From Octopus bimaculoides (lineage: Eukaryota), in contig NC_068992.1 of assembly GCF_001194135.2 (NCBI RefSeq), positions 28,395,915-28,445,159 of the forward strand: DNA of 49,245 nt, written 5' to 3'. The stretch's first letter is position 1. Each line of letters starts with the position of its first letter. The notes under the pieces are model-generated. The model had not been told where the DNA came from, made no database searches, and worked only from the letters and a program-made list of their open reading frames with translations. Shown piece after piece: positions 25,820 to 37,575 of the stretch. The position numbers and the translations under genes were made by a program.

Positions 25820-27080
25820 CTAGCAAATCTACCCATCTACGATGGTGGCATAAAATGAGGGAGGGAAATCATAACAGTAGTATGTATTGAAAAATGTGTA
25901 AATGGATTTTAATATCAATGTGATTACAAAACGTCGTTGTAGACGATATTTTGTCTGTGGTCGACACTTAATTTTCAAGGTACTGGAATCCGTTGCTCTA
26001 CTCATAGCGACGTATAAGTGGAGGGGGTAAAAATACAGCTACTCGATCCAAAGTCTGGCCCTGTGCCTTGTTTCCTGCGTCTTAATTGGAAGGGAAGCTG
26101 GTTATCGGTTGGTATAAGGGGTATCCTCGGAATGAGCAGGCGTTTACCATTGTGGGGGCCAGTTGCAATCACTGCTTCAATAACATTGGAATTTAGTCCT
26201 GCTATCATGTATCTTGTTCCATTGCTGTGTCCATTGGCTGGATCAAAATTCTTAAGGAGCATTATCGGACAGTTCTTTTCCAATTTGATTTTATGGAGTG
26301 GCTATCCCGAATGATGGCGGTTGATTGGCATCTAGTATTAAACTTCTGTGATACACTTTACCTTGGATTTTAAATGTGGTATTAAATCCAGTTATCGAGG
26401 TATCGATAACACAACCAATGGACGCAAACGCCAATGCGTTATTATACGCTCGAATATTTGTTATGAAATTGTTATCGTTCCCTAATGACACAAATTGAGG
26501 CTGGATTGCAGCTGAACTTTACCGTTTTCGCAACAGAGGGAAAGTGCTTCTGCTGGCCAGTGCTTTGAATAACAATGTGGGTGTATATAATCATCCAAGC
26601 TGTCGAAGTAGTGAGAACGGTATGATAACGGAATGTTACTTTCGATAAAGCTTTTCTGCATCGCTATCAAATTGTACTCTGTAATCCGTTCATTGTCCTA
26701 TTCAGCGAGGGAAATGCTTACCAAGGCATTATCTTCCACTTGTACTTGCACTTGTCTTGATTTTCGTCGAACTAGAGTGTTCCTTATCTGTTCCGAAGCT
26801 CACGCACTTGAGAGGATTTTTGCGTGTTATTTGGCAAGCTAAAGCGTCCATGTTCTATTCCGAAGATTTCACTTGAGGATTTCTCCGTGTTATTTGGTGA
26901 GCTAGCGTATCCCTGATTCTATTCCGACGCTCTCACTTCTGTATCACGGCGAAATCTATGAATTTCCATATCCTTATTCCGTTGGGCTTGTCTGTATTCA
27001 CTGTTAGATTGTCTCTTACTTTTTATAGCAGCAGCTTTCCTGGTAGTCCTACCAATTCCTGATTTTCGTTTCCAGGTCAT
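25820..27080 (-). mobile_element. Internally deleted Helitron: RepHel N-terminus fused to PIF1 helicase C-terminus, 3' end intact
   Basis: ATG 27080 MTWKRKSGIGRTTRK; HCYSKHWPAEALSLCCENGKVQL; NFITNIRAYNNALAFAS..FKIQGKVYH; junction about 26311; PLHKIKLEKNCPIMLLKNFDPANGHSNGTR..IPRIPLIP; KAQGQTLDRV; HLYVAMSRA; NIVYNDVL* (stop 25924). CCATC-GTA-GATGG hairpin, then terminal CTAG (25820-25823) followed by T. Confidence 0.9.
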
Positions 27081-27189
27081 TATCGCGTAGAACGAAGGTA
27101 AATTGAATAAAGCATTACCACAACTTTATGCATAGAATCGTTGACATAGTTCATAGTAGTCATACACTGATTAAAAATGAGCCAAAGTC

Positions 27190-27570
27190 ATCATAATCAT
27201 TCTTTAATAAAGCTTATGGCGTAATTCAGTGGAGAAGTAAAATAAAGAACAAACAATTCATCAACGATTGGACAGACCGCTAAATTCACAAGTTGTTTTT
27301 TTTATTCTCCCTGTGTTTATTTCCTCGTGTTCCTTTTTGTTGAAGAGCGTAGGCTCGAAACGTAAAAGATTTTTCACCTTCCCGAGCGTCAAACTAATAC
27401 ACCTGCTTGTTTATAAACCTGTCTTCGTCTTTTGTTTTTCTGTAAATTTCAACTATATATATATATATATATAATTTAAAGAGAGTTAGAGATTATGAAT
27501 ACAACCAACTAAGGGATAATATCTATCCAATATATTGCTGGTAGAATACCCAATTATTAATACACAAGTG
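27190..27570 (+). mobile_element. Penelope-like element terminal fragment(s)
   Basis: TTGAAGAGCGTAGGCTCGAAACGT hammerhead-like motif and T-rich end running into (TA)n. Family assignment is from recall of PLE pseudo-LTR ends. Confidence 0.5.
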
Positions 27571-28510
27571 TTTTTTCATTGCATGGAAATTACACTACTG
27601 AATGTAATAAATGGGTGAGGGTAAAACATTTTACCCTTAATTTAAACGGCAATAAGAAAATGGAGGGGATCAAGAGGCGGTATTCACCAACTTTTAGACA
27701 TTATATTATGTATATTTATTTATTAAAAAAATAATTATAACAATATACTTTCTATGTTCTACGTTATATATTTTAATAATTACTGGTATTTTTATATATG
27801 TAAAGCATAATATGTTATACATGTATGTATATTGTTATAATTGTTATTTTTTTAAAAATAAATAAATAGACNNNNNNNNNNNNNNNNNNNNNNNNNNNNN
27901 NNNNNNNNNNNNNNNNNNNNNNNNNNNNNNNNNNNNNNNNNNNNNNNNNNNNNNNNNNNNNNNNNNNNNNNNNNNNNNNNNNNNNNNNNNNNNNNNNNNN
28001 NNNNNNNNNNNNNNNNNNNNNNNNNNNNNNNNATATGAATTAGTAGCAGCTCGAGGTGATGTATATGTGTGCGTATGTGTGTGTGTGTGTGTGTGTGTGT
28101 GCGTGCGTGTGTGTGTGTGTGTAGATCTGCAAATATATATACGTGTATACGTATATACGACTGCACGCTCAAATATGCTAGCACATCACTGCACATGTGC
28201 GTAACGATTTAGATGTTTACTTTTGGCCATTTTTATTTTGAAAACGAATGTTATCAACCGAAAGAGAAGCCATTTAGTTTCTAGCCGAAAGAAACGAGTT
28301 ATTTTCATGACAATATTAGTAATGTTACGTTAAAATATGACATTGCAACTGCAATTGTTAATATCATATTTGTTGAAGTTTACATTGTGACAATTCTCAG
28401 AGCTGCGCTTTCTTTTTCTCTATTTTGGTGTTGTTGGAAGCTGACATTTATACCTTCCGGTGATTTATGTAGGGTACACATGCACTACTGCACAATCACA
28501 TATTCTCTCT

Positions 28511-28542
<32 letters not shown>

Positions 28543-29200
28543 CACACACACACATGCATTTCGTAGATGTGCTAGCAAGTGTTTTGATGTGAGATCGCAC
28601 GCTGAAACTAAATCGATTGCTGCGTTGTAGCATGGAAGACATAACTTAACCTTTCAAAAAGGAAGAAAGACTGTCAAAAATTTTAACAGTGAACATGTCG
28701 TAGTCTCGAGCGACAAACATTTTGATACCATATCACAAATAAATGCCTCGCTGAAGTTGACAGTCTTTGTGTGTTTCTGAACGACTAACGTATGTCTTCT
28801 TCTACGCTGTAATCGATACATATATNNNNNNNNNNNNNNNNNNNNNNNNNNNNNNNNNNNNNNNNNNNNNNNNNNNNNNNNNNNNNNNNNNNNNNNNNNN
28901 NNNNNNNNNNNNNNNNNNNNNNNNNNNNNNNNNNNNNNNNNNNNNNNNNNNNNNNNNNNNNNNNNNNNNNNNNNNNNNNNNNNNNNNNNNNNNNNNNNNN
29001 NNNNNNNNNNNNNNNNNNNNNNNNNNNNNNNNNNNNNNNNNNNNNNNNNNNNNNNNNNNNNNNNNNNNNNNNNNNNNNNNNATATATTTATATATACATA
29101 TATATATATATATATGTATATACATATACATATACATATATATATATATGTGTGTGTGTGTGTGTTTGTGTGTATAGGTACTAGGGTGCCTGTGTTTATA

Positions 29201-29340
29201 AGAAGTTACTCTCCAACCACATTATTCTGGGTTCAGTCCCACTGCGTGGCATCGTGGACAAGTGTCTTCTATAATAACCTCTGGTCGACCAAAACGCTGT
29301 GAGTGGATTTGTTGACGGAAACTGAAAGAAGCTCGTGTCG
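29201..29340 (+). mobile_element. SINE-B 5' half
   Basis: GGGTTCAGTCCCACTGCGTGGCA..GACGGAAACTGAAAGAAGC. Confidence 0.8.
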
Positions 29341-29422
29341 CTTACACACACAGACACACACACACAGACACACACACATACATACATACATACATACATA
29401 CATACATACATAGAAATATATA

Positions 29423-29906
29423 AATGAAAATGCATTAAATACTAAAAGACGTACACATAGGACAGAGACAGAAGGACCCTAATTCTTCTTCAGTTATCAA
29501 CCGAAATGTTAATATTCAGTTTTGTGCCTTTAATGATAAGACTGGGAACTTCGCATATCGGCGGTACATGCCAAATTTGTGGGGAATTAGGGCTCGAGCA
29601 AACAAAACGATATAGAGTGGACGTACGAAAGTAAACGAATGTAATTTAAAGCGATGGACGAAAACAGAATAAATGCAGCCTTTCGGCCAAATAAACAAGG
29701 ATCCTGAATGGATATCGAAAGAGAAATCGTAAGAGAGGAGAAAGATATTGACAGGCAAGCTCAGCGTCTGGTGCCGAAAAGCAGAAAGATGGGAAAATTA
29801 GTCACGGGTCATGTGTGGACAGTAGATAAAGGGGAAGAAGGATGAGAGAGAGAGAGAAGCAGATAAAACAGGGAAGGGAGGGAGAAAGTCTACAATTACA
29901 AGTGAG

Positions 29907-29937
<31 letters not shown>

Positions 29938-30185
29938 GAGAGGAAGTTGCGATGCCAGCAAAAGAAGTATGAGGACGAGAGAGAAAGACAGATAGAAGAT
30001 AGAGTTGCAAAAAATATATAAAACTTACTGTGAACAAAAGTTGGGATGCATGGCGTTGAGTTACTCATTTAATGAAAATTGCATTAAATACTAAAAAACG
30101 TACACGTAGGATAGACATACAAGGACCCTAATTATTCATCAGTTATCAACCGTTATGTTAATCCTCAGTTTCATGCCTCTGTTAA
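29423..30185. repeat. About 110-bp direct repeats (29423-29533, 30071-30185) around a purine-rich spacer
   Basis: Both copies contain ATGAAAAT(T)GCATTAAATACTAAAA.ACGTACAC.TAGGA..AAGGACCCTAATT.TTC.TCAGTTATCAACCG..ATGTTAAT. Confidence 0.8.
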
Positions 30186-30362
30186 TATATTAATACAAAG
30201 TGATTGGAATCTTCAGTATATTCTGAGAGATTAGCCCCATCTCGAATTTCGAGAGTCCGGACAAAGTACTTAAGTCAATTTTCCGTTTCCTTTTCAAAAA
30301 GATAACAAACTCGAATGTTAAGTAATAACCGAGGCAGTAAGTTCGTGAAAGACCACTGGAGC

Positions 30363-30578
30363 AATATTGGTTTCAATTTTGGCACTAGGCCGGCAATTTT
30401 TGCGGCAGGGGATAAGTCGATTACGTCAGCCCTAGTGTTCATCTGGTACTCATTTTATTGACCTCGAAATATTGAAAGGCAAATTCGACCCCAGTGACAT
30501 TTGAACTCAGAACGTAACTTTGGAAGAAATGCCATAAAGCATTTTTCCTGGCACAGTAACAACTATGCCATCTCAGTG
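30363..30578 (-). mobile_element. SINE-A copy (A3 tail), degraded
   Basis: GGTTTCAATTTTGGCACTAGGCC..AGTCGATTAC..GAAAGGCAAA.TCGACC..TTTGAACTCAGAACGTAA. Confidence 0.75.
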
Positions 30579-30583
30579 TCTTG

Positions 30584-30960
30584 ATCTCTGGAGTAATATT
30601 GCTCAACAGGATGCGTAGCTCGGAGATCAAGGAGTCTTTGCAGGTCGAGCTGATACTTTTCTGCATTCAGACTTCACAGCTCCGGTGCTAATTGCCGTTA
30701 GAATGTTGCAGGAAAGAATCGCAACACGGATTCTTCAAGCCGAGATAATCGATAGGAGGCCTAGGGGTTAGGCTAAGAAAAAGATGGTTGGATAATGTCT
30801 ATAGTCTTCGCTGGTCATCCTTAGGTATCCTGCAGGAAAGTGTAATGACGATTGCTTCTGATAGAGCCTTATGGAAGAGGTGCCTGAGGACTCGATCTCC
30901 ACGACTCTCCTATTAACAGTAGGAACACAAAAAGGGGTAGAAGTGGATGGATGATGAAAT
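30584..30960 (+). mobile_element. RTE-clade LINE 3' end (post-RT C-terminus), degraded
   Basis: ISGVILLNRMRSSEIKESLQVELILFCIQTSQLR..RMLQERIATRILQAEIIDRRPRG..RWLDNVYSLRWS.LGI..TIASDRALWKRCLRT; GATG-type tail at 30946-30957. Confidence 0.82.
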
Positions 30961-31339
30961 AATAAAGTATATGAATTTATTGGACCAAAAAGTACATGTG
31001 AAGTTGCATTTGATTACTTCAGTTTCAGTCGAAGTGGGAAAGAATTTCTGTTGAGAATTTTGGTTGTGATGACTAAATATATTCCATAAAAATGGCTTAT
31101 TTTGCGGCCTTGTGACAAATATTCCATACAAACTTATTAAATTGAGAAAATTTCAGGGTTTTCTGTTAATAACATTATCTTGTTCCAATGGTAAGGTCTC
31201 ATATATACAAGCATTCCGTGAAGACATAATAGTGACAACTTATGCAAAATTCAATAACGCCTTCCTTTAGTTAGGAATGTTCGCAAGAAATCTTCATTGA
31301 GAAGGTAGGTCGAGTGTTTGTGTATGTATGTGTGTATGA

Positions 31340-31370
<31 letters not shown>

Positions 31371-31819
31371 TGTATGTATGTATCTATCTAACTAACTATC
31401 TATATCTGCGTGTGTGTATCTATGTACGTGTATACAAATATATATACATACATACATACATACATATATNNNNNNNNNNNNNNNNNNNNNNNNNNNNNNN
31501 NNNNNNNNNNNNNNNNNNNNNNNNNNNNNNNNNNNNNNNNNNNNNNNNNNNNNNNNNNNNNNNNNNNNNNNNNNNNNNNNNNNNNNNNNNNNNNNNNNNN
31601 NNNNNNNNNNNNNNNNNNNNTATATATATGTATGCATGGATGTATGTATGTACAACTTGTTTTAAATCTATCAGTGTGAGATATACAGCAACAGTACCAA
31701 ATAGATAAATAATATTTTGTTTGCCAACAGAATGTGGCGGTCCGATAAAGGACGATGTTACTGTTGTTTAAGCCCCAGGAAAACATATTTTCCAGGTGGC
31801 TATTGACACAGACTGTGTA

Positions 31820-32394
31820 CTTGCCTTCAGTTCATCTTTGATGTTACAAGGAGTTTTGTTGGTCTCTCACTCAACTGCGCCCCACACATAATAATCAAGG
31901 GGGTTGCAATGTGGGGAGTTAGGTGGCCAGATGTTAGGGGTGATGTGGACGCAGAAATTGTCTGACAGCCGTGACTGAGTTCTCCTACTTGCGTGTCATA
32001 GTGCAGAGGTGTATTGTCCGACATAGGTGCTTCCAGCAGCCACTCTTTTGACCCCTTGATGTAGGCTTCCGTGTTGAGTCTGAGACTGCATGGGAGGATG
32101 AATGGAGGCATAACATCGCCATCGTTAGTGATCACTCCAAACACAATCTGCACTGTCCTCAGATTCACACCCAAACACTCTGAAATGTTCGTATTGGAGC
32201 TTCCGGCGCGAATGCCAAGCAGTGCAGCATGGTGTTTCCAAACTTCTGGCAGAGTGAATTGCATGATGCTGCTGTTTTTCTCACAGACGGTGCCCAACTG
32301 ACCCTACTATACTGTGTAGTTGACAAAATAAAAAACAATGTGCATGCGCGAAATTAAAAATATAAAATGGTGACAATTTACCCATGCCATCCTG
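31820..32394 (-). mobile_element. Tc1/mariner (DD37D-like) transposon, internally deleted
   Basis: ATG 32264 MQFTLPEVWKHHAALLGIRAG..LGVNLRTVQ joined directly to IVFGVITNDGDVMPPF..NTEAYIK; downstream frame SWLSDNFC..TPNIWPPNSPHCNPLDYYVWGAVERETNKTPCNIKDELKA. Terminal CAGGATG..GGTAAATTGTCACC next to TA. Confidence 0.88.
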
Positions 32395-32436
32395 TATATA
32401 TACATATACAGGGTGCTATATATATATGTATATGTA

Positions 32437-34360
32437 TGTATATATAAAACAAAGGATGTGTTGTATGTTTGTGTGTGTGTGTGGGTATGTCTGTATGTGT
32501 GTGTAGTACGTATGCATTTCTACAGTATTCAAACGATTTTCACCAAACTTTACACACACATTACATATGTGCCAAAGATGGTCATGCACTATAATATGGT
32601 CATGTACTATGCACTATAACATTTTGCCCAGAGATCCCGTGTAAAACGAGAAACCGGGAAAAACGGTGTTTTACACAAGTTTTTCTTTAAAAATTTTTGC
32701 AGTTTTCAACCGATTCTCTCCTTTTCTGTCCCTGTTTATTTCTCTCTTCTTTCTCTTTTTCTCAATTTCTATTTTACTTGCTTACACATATTCTCTCTCA
32801 CCCTCTGTAATAGTTCATCTCTTTTAGTCTGTCTGTTTTTCTCTCTCCCTCTCCCTCTCTTTAACTCTCACACTACTGTCTACGAATTGACTTCCGTGCA
32901 TTTCAATTAGTCGTGCGTAAAAATCTCTGTCGTTACGGTTTTTGAAAAACGATTTAGTCATATTTAGTCATATTTAATTTTTGTTGAACCAGCGTGTTTA
33001 AATTCAGTTTTGCCACATCTGCCTAAAAATCGACTTCGGTGTATTTCAGTTTTGTCGTCCGTAAATATCTTTGTCTTTACGGTATTTGTACGTTCTCCCT
33101 ACAACATTACTTTTTTTTTTTTTGCACACCGTCTATNNNNNNNNNNAATCAAAAAACGTTGTGCATGCAGTCGTGCATGCGTACGTATGACCGCTATGGG
33201 TCAGTTACAGTCGATAAGTCTTCATTACTAACCAAAGATATTTCAACCACACCACTGGGTGGTCATGCGTTAAAAAAAGCTATCCTAAAGCGGCTCAAGT
33301 TTTTTCACTCAAGTTATTTTCTTCTGGAGCTTTATATGCTCAAACGGGGTTTGCAAGTTCTGTCTACAAATTGACTTCCCTGTCTATTTATATGAGATTC
33401 TTTGTGTCAACATGTAAATTGTTTTTCATTTGGATTAAAACAATATAACATTGGTACTGGTTCGGTATTACGTGCCAAAAGTGAAAAAATAAGATCTATA
33501 TTGTAATGTGATATAATATTGTTTCACTTTTATTCTTTCGCTTTTAATTCTCATGTGATAACACTAAGATCATCTTATTTCTATTATATTTATGAGACTT
33601 TCCCAAGATCAGCAAATGCATGCTGCAGCACATCAAATGGAGTCTTAAGATAGAAGCGAGATGAGACTTTCTCAAGATGAGCAAAGGCATACTTCAGCAC
33701 GTCAGATGGAGTCTCAATACAGAAGTGAGATGTCTCTTACCCAATATCAGCAAAGGCATGCTGCAGCACGTCAGATGGAGTCTCAAGAGAGAAGGGAGAC
33801 GAAACTTTCCCAGCATCAGCAAAGACATGCTGCAGAACATAAAATGGAGTCTGATCCTAAGATCAGCAAATGCATGCTGCAGCACTTAATGCCGGATCAT
33901 TAAAATGACATTTTAATGATTAGACAGAGGTCCAATAGAACAGCTCTCAGAAACAAACTACGTACAAATTCGTTCTTCACAACTCCAGATATAAAATTGA
34001 TAATTTTGTCCAAATTGGTGTGCTAAACTCAAATTGTCATTTCTGCAAATCTTTAAAATTTCCAAATGAAACTAATGACATGCTCTGCTCAGGCGATAAG
34101 TTAAGATTGCCAAAACTATCAACTTCTCCTCAACTTCCTATGGGTCTTCTGGAAAGCACTTCCATCCAATCAAAAGATTTTCTGAACAATATCAGACAGT
34201 TCAATTCTGCATTTCAAATGACATCGTTTGGGCATGGATTTACGCCAGCGTTCAAAGTTCAAGGGCAAGTCTATCACCTCACTGCTTCCCTGTTACCCAC
34301 AAATGAACAGCTACAGTTCCACTAAATTTACTTTATGAGTGATGTAGGACAACACACCCG
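32437..34360 (+). mobile_element. Second Helitron remnant: 5' non-coding region, 69-bp coding repeats and RepHel N-terminal domain
   Basis: TATATATAAAAC..(TG)n..AACGATTTTCACCAAACTT 5' signature; ORF 34020-34325 CHFCKSLKFPNET..CSGDKLRLP..DFLNNIRQFNSAFQMTSFG..FKVQGQVYH..SLLP. Start of the element is approximate. Confidence 0.8.
33592..33897 (+). repeat. 69-bp tandem repeat, about 4.3 copies, encoding a 23-aa unit (RLSQDQQRHAAARQMESQxRxEM-like)
   Basis: Unit starts at 33592, 33661, 33730, 33799. Confidence 0.9.
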
Positions 34361-35467
34361 AAGGTGGTGTCAAAACTTCAGACGATGGGTTCGTGTTGGA
34401 CGCAGCGCCGACCGCAGCACTGACAGCTTTTCGGTTCGTACAAAAATCACATAACTCCNNNNNNNNNNNNNNNNNCCCAATTTTCCATGATAGGTTAGGG
34501 CCTGGAATACTCCAAACGGATGCATGACATGTCGCTTAGTCGAATTAGCCCATTATTTACTCCACAAATGTTTTGTCGTCAATGCTGCACTTTCTCGTAT
34601 CACCTGTTTCAACATAACTGTAATGTATATACAAACTGTGCTATTTTAATTCCGAGCTACGCCGACTTTCTCTGTTAGTAATATATCAAAATAGAATGAA
34701 GATTTGCGAGTATAGAGATTATCAATCCGAGCAAAATACTTCTTAAGCTCTCTACTAATACAAATACACCAAACTTACAAAAGGCTTTTTGATCTGTAAA
34801 GAACTCGCGGTAGTCCTAAGGAGCATTGTGACCAGCGATTTATAGCAACATTCGATAGTCTGTACGATACCGTGATATAAATGTTAATGTCGGGAAAGAA
34901 GCAAGCATGTGATTATGCAAAGCTGAGCTACCAAAACATCTGCACACATACACACATGTACGCAATATATTTACTGAGATAAGAGAAATATTCCTTTTAT
35001 ATTTATATATGTATATAAAGCTAGAAAAATGTTTGCCATGATTACTTCATACTAATCAATATTTCATATACTAATTAGGATTTAGAAGGCGTTCCATAGC
35101 CATCCACAATCAGTCTGTGTAAACACGTTTTGATGTTTTGCTTCCTCTTATTGTTTTTTTAACCTGGAAATGTGCATATGCTACAATATAGATTTTTCAC
35201 GTGTAAGAGTATCAACTGTGTTATTAGTTAATGTTTACTCATTTTTCCTTTTGTTTTCATGTTTGATTTTACATGGCAGTAAAGTGCGATTCCATTACAG
35301 ATGTTCAGTCAAGAGTAAGAACATAAGTGATTCTGTTTACCACCATAAAACTGCTGAACAAACAGAATATAGCAAAATACAGTAAACAATACGAATGATC
35401 CAGCACCCAAGCGACAGTCAGTACACTTCCTCCTCGGTGAGCGGAATCTCTATAGAAATGTAATACT

Positions 35468-35683
35468 CCTTTCTACTACTATAGGCAAAAGGCCTGAAAT
35501 TTGGTGGGAGGGAAATAGTTGGTTATATAGACCCCAGCATTTCACTGATACTTAATCTATCGACTCCGAAAGGATGAAAGGTTACGCCGAACTCGGCGGA
35601 ATTTGAACTCATTATGTAGCGACGGGCGAAATATCGCTAAGCATTTTGCCAGCGCGATAACGATTCTGCCAGCTCGTCGACTT
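35468..35683 (-). mobile_element. SINE-A copy (A2 tail)
   Basis: TTTCTACTA..AGGC..GGCCTGAAATTT..CCGAAAGGATGAAAGG..GGCGGAATTTGAACTC..AACGATTCTGCCAGCTCG. Confidence 0.85.
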
Positions 35684-35829
35684 ATAGACATGTAATAACA
35701 ACGAATCTTTATCATTCAGAAATAATTCTCAAACGATTTTTATAAACTATATTAACTCATAAATGAAAATATTTTAAACCGTTTATTTTGTTGTCAGACC
35801 TGAAACATGCTACATTTTACCATTTATAG

Positions 35830-36867
35830 AGTATTACTTGGACCATCTTTTTACCACAGTCATCCTCCAAAGTTCCTTTCCAAGTGAAACTTGAAAAAAT
35901 TCATGAGGGTCAAAGATAAAGGTTTCAGTGCTTTCAGTCTTGTCTATCATAGAAACTCTTTCGCTAAAACCACCAACAGATAAACACTGCTTGTTCTTCC
36001 GATCCAAATGAAGAAGACGGGAGGATTTACACGATGGAATCAGCTGACGTCTGTATCTGACCAAGAAAAGACAGTAGCTGTCCGACGTAACTCCAAAAGT
36101 CATCGGTCCGTCATGGTAGTTAAAGTCCATTATGTGATATGATCAACCACTAGTCCCGAAGAAGAGTAACTAGCGCCCATTAAAATCCACGTGCACATCT
36201 ACTTCGAATCGAAATTCCGTCCCAAATACCGAATTTCGGATTTGTTTTCAGGTTGTACCTCAGCCACTGGGGCCCATCGAAGAGTTTTCGCTCTCTCGCC
36301 TTAGCTCTGACAATGCAACCTTTGTGCTTCGCGTTGCAGAATTGTTCAAAGGTTAATCTCACCTCAAGTACGTCGGTTGTAATGCCATTCCCAAGCGGTT
36401 CTTCTAAGTTTCTGGCTGGGTTACCCTCTACACTAGTTTTCTCTGTCGCTACTTCCTTACTAAACTTTCTCGATTCTACTTAATCACTCTTTTCTGGGCG
36501 AACCACCATTTTTGTAAACGATCCCTCCATCAACGTCCGCTTAACTAGTTCTCTAATCCAGTCACTGTAAGATTAGCGTCTGGGACGATGTATCCAGTTT
36601 CTACAATTCCCCTCCTATCCACGAAGCTTATCTATGCCGACTGTAGAGATCAACAAATCTGTTGTCTGGACAATCTATGCTTGCCCTGTCCACTGGCCCA
36701 CAAGACACTCTTTCGAGATATGAACTGGATGCCCCGATGCGATTTGTCCAAATTCTGTTCGTTCTGTGTCACTTATTCCAGTTCGGTAGATCTAAGTTCC
36801 ATACATCTATATTTATTGCGTTTCTTCTTTATGTCTTTTCGGGCCTTTTGCGGAAAATTTTAAGATA
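35830..36867 (-). mobile_element. L1-Tx1 fragment joining the APE end/linker to the ORF2 C-terminus with no RT between
   Basis: IGASSSYLERV..ELVKRTL..ESRKFSKEVA..VRLTFEQFCNAKHKGCIVRAKAR (36867-36290), then FWSYVGQLLS..ADSIV..LAKEFL..TRLKAL..LMNFFKFHLER (36110-35870). Confidence 0.78.
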
Positions 36868-37575
36868 NNNNNNNNNNNNNNNNNNNNNNNNNNNNNNNNN
36901 NNNNNNNNNNNNNNNNNNNNNNNNNNNNNNNNNNNNNNNNNNNNNNNNNNNNNNNNNNNNNNNNNNNNNNNNNNNNNNNNNNNNNNNNNNNNNNNNNNNN
37001 NNNNNNNNNNNNNNNNNNNNNNNNNNNNNNNNNNNNNNNNNNNNNNNNNNNNNNNNNNNNNNNNNNNNNNNNNNNNNNNNNNNNNNNNNNNNNNNNNNNN
37101 NNNNNNNNNNNNNNNNNNNNNNNNNNNNNNNNNNNNNNNNNNNNNNNNNNNNNNNNNNNNNNNNNNNNNNNNNNNNNNNNNNNNNNNNNNNNNNNNNNNN
37201 NNNNNNNNNNNNNNNNNNNNNNNNNNNNNNNNNNNNNNNNNNNNNNNNNNNNNNNNNNNNNNNNNNNNNNNNNNNNNNNNNNNNNNNNNNNNNNNNNNNN
37301 NNNNNNNNNNNNNNNNNNNNNNNNNNNNNNNNNNNNNNNNNNNNNNNNNNNNNNNNNNNNNNNNNNNNNNNNNNNNNNNNNNNNNNNNNNNNNNNNNNNN
37401 NNNNNNNNNNNNNNNNNNTTAAATCTTAAATAAGGTTGATAAACTTTGCACGATATTTACTCGTTTAATGATATCGAAATTAACAATTAATTTATTCTTT
37501 AATTAAACCTAACATAGGTTTAATTAAACGCGCACTAACATAAGCACTGATATATGAGCATTTAATTTAATATAT

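Noticed and set aside
34380-34600. GC-richer segment after the second Helitron
   Set aside because: Probably another repeat, but no motif, TIR or translation could be assigned and a gap interrupts it.
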